Source: Eledone cirrhosa
Lineage: Eukaryota
Assembly: GCA_964016885.1 (NCBI GenBank)
Contig: OZ024743.1
Location: forward strand, 328,352,001-328,416,000
Direction: 5' to 3'
DNA: 64,000 nucleotides
Shown: positions 12,465-25,261 of the stretch, in pieces
Position numbering within the stretch: the stretch's first letter is position 1
Layout: every line of letters begins with the position of its first letter
The notes under the pieces: model-generated
Database searches by the model: none
The model's input: only the letters and a program-made list of their open reading frames with translations
Told to the model about the DNA's origin: nothing
Translations under genes and position numbers: made by a program

Positions 12465-13665
12465 ACTTTATGTTTTGCTATCTAGGTGACTTAATGAACA
12501 GCAGAGGAGGGCACTCTGAGAGCATAGTAGCTAGAATAAAGATAGGATTGAAGAAGTTTAAAGCTACTCCCACTGTTGACAACAAAGTTTTCTCTCTATG
12601 TACAAAAGGACAACTGTATGACACCTGTGTGCAAAGTGTGATGCTGCATGGCAGTGAAACATGGGCAGTGACTGCAGAATACATGTGATGCTGCATGGCA
12701 GTGAAACATGGGCAGTGTCTGCAGAATACATGTGGTGCTGCATGGCAGTGAAACATGGGCAGTGACTGCAGAATACATGTGATGCTGCATGGCAGTGAAA
12801 CATGGGCAGTGACTGCAGAAGACATGTGGTGCTGCATGGCAGTGAAACATGGGCAGTGTCTGCAGAATACATGTGGTGCTGCATGGCAGTGAAACATGGG
12901 CAGTGACTGCAGAATACATGTGGTGCTGCATGGCAGTGAAACATGGGCAGTGTCTGCAGAATACATGTGATGCGGCATGGCAGTGAAACATGGGGAATAC
13001 ATGTGGTGCTGCATGGCAGTGAAACATGGGCAGTGACTGCAGAATGCATGTGATGCTGCATGGCAGTGAAACATGGGCAGTGACTGCAGAATACATGTGG
13101 TGCTGCATGGCAGTGAAACATGGGCAGTGTCTGCAGAATACATGTGGTGCTGCATGGCAGTGACTGAAGAATACATGTGGTGCTGCATGGCAGTGAAACA
13201 TGGGCAGTGACTGCGGAATACATGTGATGCTGCATGGCAGTGAAACATGGGCAGTGACTGCAGAGGACATGCTTCATTTGATGGGCAATGTAAATGTGAG
13301 AGAAAGGCAGAGCTTGGATGAACTGAGGGTGAAACTAGGTTTAAGAGGAATCCAAGGTGGTGTACAGGAGAGAAGACTGTGTTGGTATGGACATGTGATG
13401 TGCATGGATGATGACTGATGGGTGAATAGGTGTCAGGAAATGCCAGTGGAAGGAAGCCGCAGTAGAGGTAGATCAAGAAAGACCTGGGCAGAGGTGGTGA
13501 GAGCTGACTTCAAATCACTGAGACTCACAGAGGAGATGGCAAAGGAGTGTGGTGAGTGGAGAGAGGATGTGCTGAAAAAAAATCTGTCGAACCCATGCAA
13601 GCATGGAAAAGTGGGCATAAAACGATGATGATGATGATGATGAGGAGGATGATGGTGATGGTGAT
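12465..13665 (+). mobile_element. RTE LINE 3' fragment with an internal 47-bp tandem expansion and (GAT)n tail
   Basis: FCYLGD...MLHGSETWA...RRLCWYGHVM...GRSRKTW, followed by ACCCATGCAAGCATGGAAAA...GATGATGAT. Confidence 0.9.
12638..13270. repeat. 47-bp minisatellite derived from RTE coding sequence, about 13 copies
   Basis: The unit GTGATGCTGCATGGCAGTGAAACATGGGCAGTGACTGCAGAATACAT encodes the VMLHGSETWAVTAE motif. Confidence 0.93.
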
Positions 13666-13965
13666 GTTTGTTGTTTGTTATACAGGAAGTGTAATGTATT
13701 CTGTATTTAGCATTTCTTTGTGAAGTTGCTTGAGTGGGTAAGGTATAAGATTACATGCACTGAGTACATTCATACCTGTTACAGGTGTTCTATTGTATAC
13801 AACACTTTATTCTAATTCAGTTCACTATAGTTTCACCTAACTTGAAAATAAGTACCAAAGATTTTCAATAGCTGATCCTCCTCTCCTAGGGGTAGGGTAG
13901 AACTGTCACAAGTGAATCACACTTTTGTTTTGCTGTAGTAAATTGTTTCTTGTATTTCTTTGTAG

Positions 13966-14067
13966 GTTCTGCCATAATATATTTGACCGTGATTACAAAG
14001 CTACAATTGGAGTAGATTTTGAAGTGGAAAAGTTCTCCCTATTAACGGCTCCTTTTACTCTTCAATT
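13966..14067 (+). CDS. RAB34: Rab34/Rab36-like GTPase internal exon (switch I / G2)
   Basis: AG/GT bounded, 102 bp. Encodes FCHNIFDRDYKATIGVDFEVEKFSLLTAPFTLQ, matching the Rab34/36 FC..FD..YKATIGVDFE signature. Confidence 0.93.
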
Positions 14068-14234
14068 GTAAGTAAAAATCAATCTAACATTTCCTATATT
14101 TCAGTGAAAATACAGCTAATAAAATACAGTAATAAAATACAGCCCGCACAATACAGTAATAAAATGGTTATTACATCAACAATGACCAATGTGAGTGAAT
14201 TTGGTGAATTGAAACTATAAGACACACACACATA

Positions 14235-14333
14235 CAGGGTGTCCCAAAAATGTATACACACTTCAACAGCATTCTGATAAATATTGCCTGTACTGGTAAT
14301 CAAAGTGTGTATACATTTTTTGTGGGCACCCTG
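14235..14333. mobile_element. Tc1/mariner-type MITE
   Basis: TA-CAGGGTGTCCCAAAAA...TTTTGTGGGCACCCTG-TA terminal inverted repeats with TA flanks. Confidence 0.8.
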
Positions 14334-14349
14334 TATATGCTTATGTGTG

Positions 14350-14810
14350 TGAAAGTGCATAGAGCATTTGGTTTGCAATCATGAGTTTCTAAGTTTGATT
14401 CTCAGACTGGGTGCTGTGTTGTAACCTTGAGCAAGACACTTTATTTCACATTGCTCCAGTTAACTCAGCTGTATAAATGAGTTGTGATGTCACTGGGGCC
14501 AAGCTGTATCGGCCATTACCTTTCCCTTGGACAACATTGGTGGCATGGAGAGAAGAGACCCGTATGCATGGGCGACTGTTGGTCTTCCACAAACATCATT
14601 GCCTGGACTTGTGCCTCGGAGGGGAACTGTCTTCGTGCAATATATATATATATATATGAAGGCGCATGGCTTAGTGTGGTTAAAGCATTGGGCTTGCAAT
14701 CGAAAGGTTGTGAGTTCAATTCTCGGACCGGGTGATGTGTTGTTTCCTTGAGCAAGACACTTTATTTCACATTGCTCCAGTTTACTCAGCTGTAGAAATG
14801 AGTACCAGCC
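14350..14810 (+). mobile_element. Two tRNA-derived SINE copies (about 14350-14640 and 14659-14810)
   Basis: A box TGGCTTAGTG, B box GTTCAATTC, and a shared CCTTGAGCAAGACACTTTATTTCACATTGCTCCAG core. Confidence 0.75.
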
Positions 14811-15153
14811 TGCCCGCCCAGCCAGTGGGATGGCGTTATCTTATGGCTAAAACAGTACGACGTGCTGTGACCAGTGGCGCCGATTGCTGCCCGACAGACA
14901 GCTCTGGTTCTATGAAATAAAACCACACATTTTAAAGATTTCCAATTTAAATTAAAATCTTCCCACATAATTTTATATAAGAACCTTACATTAAGTTACT
15001 ATCTTAGTAATGAAATAAATAATAATTTTAGTAAATCCCTCAACATTCTTCAATAATTCATTAAAATAGAGTCACAAAAGGGTTAAACTCTTTTCATGTG
15101 TTGTATTAAATATTACTGGAGTATATTTTAATCGTGTCTATAATTCATTCTAG

Positions 15154-15218
15154 ATGGGACACAGCTGGTCAGGAACGTTTCAAGTGTATTGCAGCTTCTT
15201 ACTACCGTGGGGCTAATT
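15154..15218 (+). CDS. RAB34: Rab34/36-like exon (G3)
   Basis: AG/GT bounded and phase-compatible. Encodes WDTAGQERFKCIAASYYRGAN. Confidence 0.95.
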
Positions 15219-15289
15219 GTAAGTGAAGTTTTATTAGTTGTATTGTGACATTGTCATATTGTGACACTGTCATATTGTCATTACTAAGG

Positions 15290-15445
15290 AAACAGGGTTG
15301 TTATTAAAAATACTTATTGTTACTAGGGAGACAAGGCTGTTACCAAGGAGACATAACTGTTACTAAGGAGACAGGGCTGTTACTAAGGGAACATTACTGT
15401 TACTAAAGAGATAGGGCTGTTACTAAGAAGACAAGATTGTTATTA
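15290..15445. repeat. 20-bp degenerate tandem repeat TACTAAGGAGACAGGGCTGT
   Basis: Seen directly, about 7 copies. Confidence 0.8.
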
Positions 15446-15809
15446 ACAGGACAATAATTTCCCCGAAAAAGATACAGGGGCTGGCCATCGAAGAAACAAC
15501 ACCATTCGTTTGGCTGACTCCCTGAATCATGAAAAGAAAATCTTTTTCAGGGAAATTATTGGATTTTCCGAATTTAAAGGTTTATTAGGAACTTTCATTG
15601 TTTATTTTTGGCTTTGCCGTCTGAAGAGCTCACTGATAGTCCTCAGTGAAATAAACCTGAATTAACTGAATATGGTTTCGGATCTTTTATTAATATATAA
15701 TGCTCCGTCTTATACCATTTATACAGGTCGTTGACTGCTTCTTTTTATCTGCGCCACCACTGACAGACCATAATGTGATCAGAACAACCCTGTACTGTTA
15801 AACTCCATA

Positions 15810-15904
<95 letters not shown>

Positions 15905-16340
15905 TGAAGTTATTGAAGAGATAAGACACACTTGACTCTGAAAGGCTAAAATGAATCACTAGAGCTGCTTAGCCACGTTCCAGCCATCCATCCATACAAA
16001 TCTTTTCAGGTATCCCTATTTCCCCAAATGTTCTGCTCACAACTATTGCTGTATTTATCACTTCGCTAGCTTCCACAACACATTTATTTTGTTACCCTCA
16101 TTTTCTCTACCATGCTGCCTCTCTATCTGTCTATTTTGCCATCAAAGGCGACAGGCCATGACTGGCTACCTACCTCACAATTTCCCTCCCACCACCATAG
16201 CCTATTCGACCAATCAAACCTCAGCATGCCATTTCTACTACTACTACCTAACTCTCTCCTCCCCCGTCCCAGCCCAACACACCCCGCCATTATTACCACC
16301 ACCACTGTTCTTCTAGCCCTGAATTTTCCTACTGTTATGT

Positions 16341-19300
16341 ATGGATGAGCTGAGAATAAATTGGAGCAACTCTGAATTAATAGATGAAATGAATATGAAT
16401 CCGCGAGCTACCAAGCACCCATGTGAAGCCCCAAGAGACAGGAAGCACACACACACCCCTGCAAAAATCGACCCTTCCCTATGAATGTCGACAAATGCCC
16501 AAAACTCCGAGTTCGTACCATCAATGTAAGCACAATGAAAGGAAGAGCAGGAGAAATCATAGAAATGCTAGAGCGAAAGGAAATTGATGTATGCTGTGTG
16601 CAAGAGACTAGATGGAGAGGAGAGTCTGCTAGAGTCCTTGTAGGAAAAAGTCAGTGCTACAAATTTTTCTGGGTGGGAAATGACGATGGGTGGTGTAGGT
16701 ATACTACTAGCTGACAAGTGGGTAGATAAAGTAATCTCAGTGTACAGGGTAAATGCAAGAATCATTAAACTCAGACTAGTCCTGAATAAAACAATTACCA
16801 CAATAATATCAGCTTACGCTCCCCAATCGGGGTTGCCAGACGAACTTAAGGATAGGTTTTACGAGTCCCTAATGCACACTACTGCTCTAACAAATGACAA
16901 TGACTTCCTAATCATCGCAGGAGATTTTAACGGACACGTAGGTAAACACTGTGACGGCTTCAATAGAGGCCACGGAGTTGGCACAAGAAATGAAGAAGGA
17001 TTCAGACTTCTAGAATTCTGCGACGCCAATGACATGTCGATATGTAACACAAACTTCAAAAAACCCGACAACCACCTGATCACCTATAGATCAGGGGAGC
17101 ATTCTAGTCAGATAGATTTTATCCTCATCAGAGGACGTGACAGATGGACGGTCGTAAACACAAAAGCCTACCCTAGTGAGGAATGTACCTCCCAACATAG
17201 CTTAGTTGTCAGCGACCTCACGGTCAGAACTAGACGAACCTGGAAACAGAGGCCAACCTGGAGAAGAAAGATCTGGAAGCTGAAAGACCCCTCAGCCAGT
17301 AACAGATTTAAAGATATTTTACTCAACGCCTACGACAGTAAAGAAGAACAGATAGAGACATTCAATGTAGAAGAGCACTGGGAGTTCCTAAAAAATAACT
17401 TACTAGAGGCGATGGATGAGATCTGTGGCTGGAGTAAGACCACAAGCAGGAGGAGAGTGACTTGGTGGTGGAATAATAAGGTAGATGAGGCAGTTAAGGC
17501 CAAGAGACAGGCATGGAAAGAATGGAAGAACGGGGGGAGCAGGGTACATTACATAGAGACCAAGAGGGAAGCTAGGCGACAAGTATACTTAGCTAGGAGG
17601 GATGCAGAGGATAGAAAATTCAAGCATGTTTTGCAACGTGAGGACCAGAAACAGGAGGTGTTCAAGATTGCGAGGCAGTGTGTCAGAGAGAATTGTGATG
17701 TCATTGGAGAGAAGTGTATCCAGAATGATAAAGGTGAGCTTGCCCTCACAAGTGCTGAGAAGAAAGATGCATGGAAGAGCCATTATGATAGATTACTAAA
17801 TGAGGAAAATGCATGGGAAGAAGAGACCCTACCCCAAGTAGACCCTATAGAGGGGCCAGCAGTACAAGTCAGCAGCATCGTAGTAAGTAAGGCAATCAAA
17901 GATATGAAAATGGGGAAGGCAACCGATCCATCGGGTATAGCTGCCGAGATGCTGAAGGCATCTGGGTCTGTAGGTCACACTATAACCACACGTATTGTTA
18001 ACCAGGTAATACTAGAAGGTGTCATACCAAAAGATTGGTGCAGTAGCATCATTGTCAACTGCTACAAAGGTAAAGGTGATGCACTAGATAGAGGAAACTA
18101 TAGAGGTATAAAGCTGATGGACCAGGTCATGAAAGTAACAGAAAGAGTTATAGCACAGTTGATTAGGGACCGGGTGAAACTAGATGAGATGCAATTTGGG
18201 TTTGTACCAAGAAGAGGCACCACTGATGCCCTCTTCCTTGTGAGGCAGTTACAGGAAAGGTACCTAGCTAAAAGTAAGCCACTCTACATGGCATTCATCG
18301 ATCTCGAGAAAGCCTTTGACAGAGTTCCACGTGCTGTAATCTGGTGGGCTCTTAGAAAACTAGGAGTAGATGAATGGCTTGTGAAAGCTGTACAAGCCAT
18401 GTATAGGGGGAGCAGTCAGCAAAGTTAGGATTAGCAATGAGTATAGCGAGGAATTTAGCGTACAGGTTGGTGTCCACCAGGGCTCTGTTCTTAGCCCTCT
18501 CCTGTTCATCATAGTCCTGCAGGCAATAACGGAGGAGTTTAAGACTGGATGCCCATGGGAACTCCTGTATGCTGATGACCTCACACTTATAGCTGAATCT
18601 ATGGTAGAACTAGAGAAGAAATTCCAAACTTGGAAGCAGGGACTAGAAAGAAAGGGTCTCAAAGTCAACATGACAAAGACTAAGGTCCTTGTAAGTAGAC
18701 GAGAAAACAGAACCCAGATCCCCTCAGGGAAATGGCCTTGCTCAGTATGTAGGAAAGGTCTAGGTAGGAACTCCATTCTCTGCCCCAAATGCAAACAATG
18801 GGCACACAAGAGATGTAGTGGAATCTCAGGAAGCTTAATTAAGAATGTAGGCTTCACATGTAGCAGCTGTGCTGGGACAGCAAGCAGCAAATAGCCACAG
18901 GAAACAAGTACCACCAATCTCTGGGAGGGCTCTGTAGAAACAGTAGACAGCTTCTGCTACCTAGGTGACCAAATTAGCAGCGGAGGTGGGTGTTCAGAAA
19001 GTACAATAACTTGGGTAAGAACGGGATGGAAGAAGTTCAGGGAACTACTGCCACTGCTAGCTGCAAAAGGCTTCTCCCTCAAAATGAAAGGCAGACTGTA
19101 TAATGCGTGTATCCGAACAGCAATGTTACATGGTAGTGAGACCTGGGCGCTGAAGGTGGAAGACTTACGTAGATTAGAAAGAAACGAAGCCTGCATGCTC
19201 CGATGGATGTGTAATAGTAATATACGTGAACGACAAAGCATAATGAATTATTGAGAGAGAGACTAAGCATAAGAGGAATCAAATGCTGTGTGCAGGAGAG

Positions 19301-19839
19301 GCGGTTGTGTTGGTATGGACATGTGATGCGTATGAAGGATGACAGCTGTATAAAAAGGTGCATAACACTAGAAGTCAATGGGAACCGCGGAGTGGGGGGA
19401 CCCAAGAAGACCTGAGATGAGGTGATAAAAACCGACCTTACCCAATTACACCTCTCAAAGGCGATGACACGACCATGACCTCTGGCGTCGCGCAGTAATA
19501 CAGAGTACCCGACCTCCCATGAGTACAAGCTGAAGCATATAGACAATATGCCCCCACACTCTCCCACTGCAAGGTGGTCGTGGAGGTGCCACGGCAAAAA
19601 AGCACCCAGCCCACACTGTAACGTGGACGTGTAGGCGCCACGGAAAAAAGCACACAGCACTCATCGTAAATGAGGTTTGTGTTAGGAAGGGCATCCAGCT
19701 GTAGAAATCAAGCCAAAATCAGTTTCTGTATGAGCAAGACATGGTCAGCTGACCAGACACTGCCCACAACAGGACAACCCGTCTAACCCATGCTAGCATG
19801 GAAGAACGGACGTAAAACGGTGATGATGATGATGATGAT
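16341..19839 (+). mobile_element. Near full-length RTE-clade LINE (APE + RT), frameshifted, in a Rab34 intron
   Basis: APE motifs VQETRW, SAYAPQ, GDFNGH, QIDF. RT motifs NYRGIKL, DLEKAFDRV, HQGSVLSP, YADD, FCYLG, LHGSETW. Frameshifts near 16690 and 18405 and a stop at 18892. The 3' UTR ends in (GAT)n; the 5' boundary is approximate. Confidence 0.93.
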
Positions 19840-20206
19840 GTGTGTGTGCGTGTGAGTGTATTTGTATGTGAAATATAAGATGTAAAGGGCTTGTTACCAA
19901 ATGAAGTTAACTTACAATTGTAATATATTTATCATTGATTTTAGATCAACATCAAAGCTGATTGATTCAATAATAGCTTAATGATTCAGAACCCTCCCCC
20001 ATCCACACACACACACCCTTCCTTTCCCAATTTAGCAAGGTGTAACTTTCCAATATTGATCAAATCAAAAACAAATATTTCTGCAATTAAATTAAATTTG
20101 CCGAATTTCTAGAACTTTTCAACCCCTGTTTACACAAAGAAACAATGTTTAATATGAAGAACAAGGTATACAACTCACGTAAAACATCATTTTTTTATCA
20201 TTTCAG

Positions 20207-20334
20207 TATTAATTACAGCTTTTGATCTTTCCAACATATCTACACTACACACAGCAGTTACCTGGATGACTGACGCTGCTAAGAATGCTGATAATCCTTG
20301 CAGATTCTTAGTAGGAACCAAAAAAGATACTCTT
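20207..20334 (+). CDS. RAB34: Rab34/36-like exon (G4)
   Basis: AG/GT bounded. Encodes LITAFDLSNISTLHTAVTWMTDAAKNADNPCRFLVGTKKDTL; TKKD is typical of Rab36. Confidence 0.93.
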
Positions 20335-20929
20335 GTAAGATTTCTTCCTTTCTTTTAATTTTTGTGAAACTCTAAGACAGGTGGGGCACCTTTTCATGTT
20401 GAAAGGCCACAGTTATGAAAGTTACTTGTCATATAATAAAGTCGCCTTTAAGAAACCATAATTATATATTCTTAAAATCTACAATATTTTGTAAAAATTT
20501 AATTTCTATGTACTAATTATCTAAAAAAAAACGAAAACAATTTGTTTGTCTTATGGTTTAAATTAAAATAAGAGATAGACAAGAACATTAATAAAAATTA
20601 TGAATTTGTTGGAAATTTCTTACTCTTTCAAAAGGTCACACAGAATGGCAGAGAAGGTTGCATGCAGCCTTAAGGTTACAGGTTCCCCATCTCTACTCTA
20701 AGGCCTGTTCTCTGCATAGTTACGGTTTCACATATGAATGCAACTATACTGCATTAAGCTTGGTGAGTATGGCTACACCCCTGAAGACATGACCAAAACC
20801 AAAAGTGGTGGAGGTCAGTTGGAGGGGTTCTTCCAACAGGAATGAGAAGGCCCAGGATTGGATTGGGCTGTAAATCAGAATTTAACTTCCTATAACTGAT
20901 TTGGTTTACATGTTTTATACCTGTTTCCT

Positions 20930-21340
20930 GGTTCAGTAGTTAGCTCAAGACATGATATCTTACTGTAGCTTCCATGGCTCAAATATCTTCAACATCTAGT
21001 TGATGGTTCAGTAATTAACTGTAAACAGGACATCTTACTATAGCTTCTATAGCTCAAATATCTTCTATATCTGTTTGATGGTTCAGTAATTAGCTGTAGA
21101 CTGCAGATCTCACAGATTACATGGCTCAAATATTTCAACATCTGTTTGATTGTTCAGTTGTTAGCTGTAGACTGTACATCTCACTAGCTTACATGGCTCA
21201 AATATCTCCAACATCTATTTGATGGTTCAGTAATTAACTGTAGACTGTACATCTCACTGTAACTTCCATGGCTCAAATATTTCAACATCTATTTGATGGT
21301 TCAGTTGTTAGCTGTAGACTAGATATCTTACTGTAGCCTC
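20930..21340. repeat. About 74-bp degenerate tandem repeat, about 6 copies
   Basis: TGATGGTTCAGT...CATGGCTCAAATATC recurs at roughly 74-bp spacing. Confidence 0.8.
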
Positions 21341-21526
21341 TATGGCTTTACTTAGACAATATCCAAAGTTTGTGAAAACTCACACCTTCTATGTATGGTG
21401 TTGTGTTGGTGTTGGTATTGTCTGTGTTGTTTTGGATGTGTTGTGTTGTATGGTATTATCTGTGTTGTGTTGGTGTTGTCTGTTTTACCATTCCAATCTT
21501 TACAAACCTTCACCCTTCTATTTTAG

Positions 21527-21617
21527 TCCCAAGCTGCTTATAAGAATGTTGAGCTTCAAGCAATAGAAGTGGCCAATTCTATAGAAGCAGAATATTGGCC
21601 TGTGTCATCTAAAACAG
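21527..21617 (+). CDS. RAB34: Rab34/36-like exon (G5)
   Basis: AG/GT bounded. Encodes SQAAYKNVELQAIEVANSIEAEYWPVSSKT. Confidence 0.93.
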
Positions 21618-21802
21618 GTAATCCTCTTCTTCCTCCTCTACCACCCCCTCTGCTGCCACCACCACCACCAAATACCCTAGAATCATCAAATATTAATACA
21701 GTGCTCCTACGACCCCTGCAGGTGTTATGGGATCGTCTATCCTTCCACATCATATTTAAATATTTAATGTTAACTCAAGCTGATTTTTCTATGTTATTTC
21801 AG

Positions 21803-21919
21803 GGGAGAATGTGAAAGAATTTTTCTTCCGAGCAGTGTCTCTAGCATTTGACCGAGCTGTCTTAAGAGAACTTGAACCATCTGATGCTTCTGGAAAAAAA
21901 ATTGGAAATAATCTATTTA
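21803..21919 (+). CDS. RAB34: Rab34/36-like exon
   Basis: AG/GT bounded. Encodes ENVKEFFFRAVSLAFDRAVLRELEPSDASGKKIGNNLF. Confidence 0.93.
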
Positions 21920-22495
21920 GTAAGTATTCTGATTATAGAAAAGTAACATATTTGTATATCAAATATATATATTGTAAGTTTATCAATACAGATGTGACAT
22001 ATGTGTTATCTCTTCTGACCTCCACTTATTTCAATGGAATACATTTTTTAACACAATATCTTACTTTCTTCTTGCCTTTTTTTCTTTTCTTTTACTATTT
22101 TCCTTCATTACATCCTTTTTTTTACACAAGACTATCGTTGCTATAAAAAGCAGAATACCTTCTCCTAGACATCACATAAAACTCTATGTGTACTGTTATG
22201 GCTTAATTGCTATTGTTATTGTTTTGTCTTGTTTTTTACTCCACCAACAGTATTTTGGCTGTGTTAGATGCTGTGACCTCAGGTGGCCCAGCAGTAATGT
22301 TAACATTTTTTTTTCATTTTGCTTTGTTTTCATTTGTTAATTTGTTAATTTTCCTAATTTTATTATATATATAAGTAGAGAGATGCTGAATAGGATCCGT
22401 CTCACCCTTGCAAGCAGGGAAAAGCAGACGGAAAATGATGATGATGATGATATTAATGGTGAAGGTCTACACATCGCTAACTTTGTAAAAGTTAA

Positions 22496-22530
<35 letters not shown>

Positions 22531-22569
22531 GTATATGTATATATATATGTATATACATGTATATATATA

Positions 22570-22822
22570 TCATCATCATCGTTTAATGTCTATTTTCCAT
22601 GCTTGCATGGGTTAGACAAGTTGTCCCATTCGAGGCAAATCGGGTCAGGTGACCATGTCTTGCTCATACAGAACTGTTTCTGGCTTGGTTTCTACAGCTG
22701 GATGCCCTTCCTAATGCCAACCACATTTACAGTGTGTGCCAGGTGCCTTTTGTCATGATACCAACACGACCACTTTAAAATGTGGGCTGGGTACTTTTTG
22801 TTGTGGCACCAAAACATACATA

Positions 22823-22892
<70 letters not shown>

Positions 22893-23355
22893 AAATGGAA
22901 ACAGAAATAACAACACAATCGGTACAGTATATATATATATAGTCTGTGGTGCCGACCGAGACCAGGGAGACCATAAATCAGTGGAGTGTTCTTCCCTGAT
23001 TTATGGTCTCCCTGGTCTCAGCACCACAGACTATATATATATATACACACAAAAACACACATATATATCATCATCATCATCATTTCATTTTACGTCTGCT
23101 TTTTCCCTGCCTGCAAGGGTGTGACGGGAACTGATTCTGGCTTGATTTCTACAGCTGGATGCCCTTCCTAACACCAACCTCATTTACAGTGAGTGCTGGG
23201 TGCTTTTTTGCCATGGCACCCCCACGACCACTTTGCAGTGGAATGATATGGACCCCATTCCCTATCATCTCATTTCTACAGCTGAGTAAACTGGAGCAAT
23301 GTGAAATAAAGTGTCTTGCTCAAGGAAACAACACATCACCCGGTCTGAGAATTGA

Positions 23356-23404
<49 letters not shown>

Positions 23405-23660
23405 CTGATTCAGTTGAGTACAAATTCCACCACTAAAACCTTGGATTCTTACCCTCCTTTATTCATCATCATCATCATCATCATTGTTTAACATCTGATT
23501 TTCCATGCTTGCATGGATCAGATAGGTTGTCCATGCTACGAGGCATGTCTTGCTGTACCTTGCTCAAATTCGAACTGCATTTTGGCCGTTGTTTTACAGC
23601 TGGATGCCCTTCCTAACACCAATCACCAATACAGTGTGGAACTGGGTGGCTCCACTGTAC
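22570..23660 (-). mobile_element. Three short RTE-tail/SINE 3' fragments on the minus strand, interleaved with (TA)n
   Basis: (CAT)n...TTCCATGCTTGCATGG...CAGCTGGATGCCCTTCCTAA at about 22570, 23070 and 23465, the reverse complement of the tail at 19680-19839. Confidence 0.75.
22940..23033. mobile_element. Short palindromic MITE-like element in (TA)n
   Basis: TAGTCTGTGGTGC...GAGACCAGGGAGACCATAAATCAG / CTGATTTATGGTCTCCCTGGTCTC..GCACCACAGACTA. Confidence 0.7.
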
Positions 23661-23939
23661 CCTGCTCATAAGTGGATATATTTATATATGTATATCCAGT
23701 AGGCATCTCTTAACCAAATATACATACCATCCCCCCTCCCACACACACACACACTCCCACCAACACCACCCTCTCTCTGTAAAGTTATGTTGGTACCACA
23801 ACATCCAGTCCAAAATAAATGAGGTCGTGTAGGTGTCACGACAAAAAACACAGTCCACGCTGTAATGTGGCCGTGTAGTTAACACGGTAAAAACCTCCCA
23901 GTTCCACACTGTAAATGTGTATGTGTATATATATATATG

Positions 23940-24706
23940 TATATAATGTTACATGGCAGTGAGACATGGGCATTGTGTGCAGAGGATCTGCGCAGACTGG
24001 AGAGGAACGAAGCTTGCATGCTCCGTTGGATGTGTAATAGTAATATACGTGAACGGCAAACCATAAATGAACTAAGTGAGAAATTAGGAATAAGAGGGAT
24101 CAGATGCTGTTTACTCGATAGAAGACTACGTTGGTATGGTCACGTGATGCGCATGAAAGACGACAGCTGTATAAAAAAGTGCAGAGCGATCAAAATAGAC
24201 GGTAGCCACGGAGTAGGCAGACCCAGAAAAACCTGGGACAATTTGATAAATTCCGACCTTACACACACCTCTCCAAGACAATGTCACTGGACCGAGATCT
24301 TTGGTGCTACGCAGTAATACAGAAGACCCGCTTTGCCTAAGTACAAAGCGAAACCTACTACAGTCAGTAGGCACCTCTAACAAAATACACCCCCGTCCCA
24401 CTACCCCTACTCCCACCCCCATCCACACCACCCCTTTCTCTGTAAAGTTATGTTGGTACCACAACATCCAGTCCTAAATAAATGAGTCCACGCTGTAATG
24501 TGGCCGTGTAGGTAACACGGTAAAAACCTCCCAGTCCACACTGTAAACGTGGTCGGTGTTAGGAAGGGCATCCAGCCGTAGAAAACCCGCCACACAGTCC
24601 TAGACGAGCAAGACAACCAATCTTGCCTCAAGTGGGAAAACTCCCGTCCAAACCCATGCTAGCATGGAAGATAGACGTTAAACAATGATGATGATGATGA
24701 GGATGA
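23940..24706 (+). mobile_element. RTE LINE 3' fragment, same family as 16341-19839
   Basis: MLHGSETWAL...LERNEACMLRWMCN...RLRWYGHVMRM...GRPRKTW, then 3' UTR and (GAT)n tail. Confidence 0.9.
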
Positions 24707-24926
24707 TATATACAACAGGCTTCTATACAGTCTCCATGTACCAAATTACACTCATAAAACATTGGTTGGCCCCAGTCTGTAGTAGAAGACAAGAAGACAC
24801 TCTCCCAATGTGTCACAGTGGGACTTAATCTGAACCCGCCACACACTCACATACTTATTTAATAAATTCTTTTGGAATTTTTTCTAATATATTTTCCTTC
24901 ATTTTCACAAATTGTGATATTTTCAG

Positions 24927-24991
24927 AAATCAATCGAGAAGATTCAAATCTTTTTGAAAAATCCAGAAGGGGACCAAAATGTTGCCAGTAA
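24927..24991 (+). CDS. RAB34: Rab34/36-like terminal coding exon
   Basis: TTTCAG acceptor, phase-compatible. Encodes INREDSNLFEKSRRGPKCCQ-stop, resembling the Rab34 INSDDSNL...CCP tail. Confidence 0.92.
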
Positions 24992-25261
24992 TGTCATCAT
25001 TTTTAACTGTATCTTGGGAAAGAGTATTCAATGTTGAACCAAAGCTGGTTTGTTTTTCAAACAATGCTCACATTTAAAATTGATCTATTTTATATACATA
25101 TTCTTTATATCCGTCCTTTGTTCTGCCCCCTCACATCTTTTTAAAATTTATCATTGAGGGAGAGATTGCTTTACACCAACTTAAATATCTCTTTATACTT
25201 TACAATTTACTTTGTTTATTATTTTATTATCAAAATCAATATACATGATCTTGTCTTTACT

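Noticed and set aside
12478-13476. Cys/His-rich ORFs resembling metal-binding proteins
   Set aside because: Antisense translations of the 47-bp RTE-derived repeat.
8741-13965. Rab P-loop (GDxxVGKT) exon
   Set aside because: Not found by eye here; probably upstream of the window.
14659-14735. tRNA gene
   Set aside because: A and B boxes are present, but there is no cloverleaf and it continues into a SINE body found repeatedly in the window.
15621-15665. Hammerhead-like CTGAAGA...GAAA
   Set aside because: Stem II is not adjacent to the core and no stem I partner was found.
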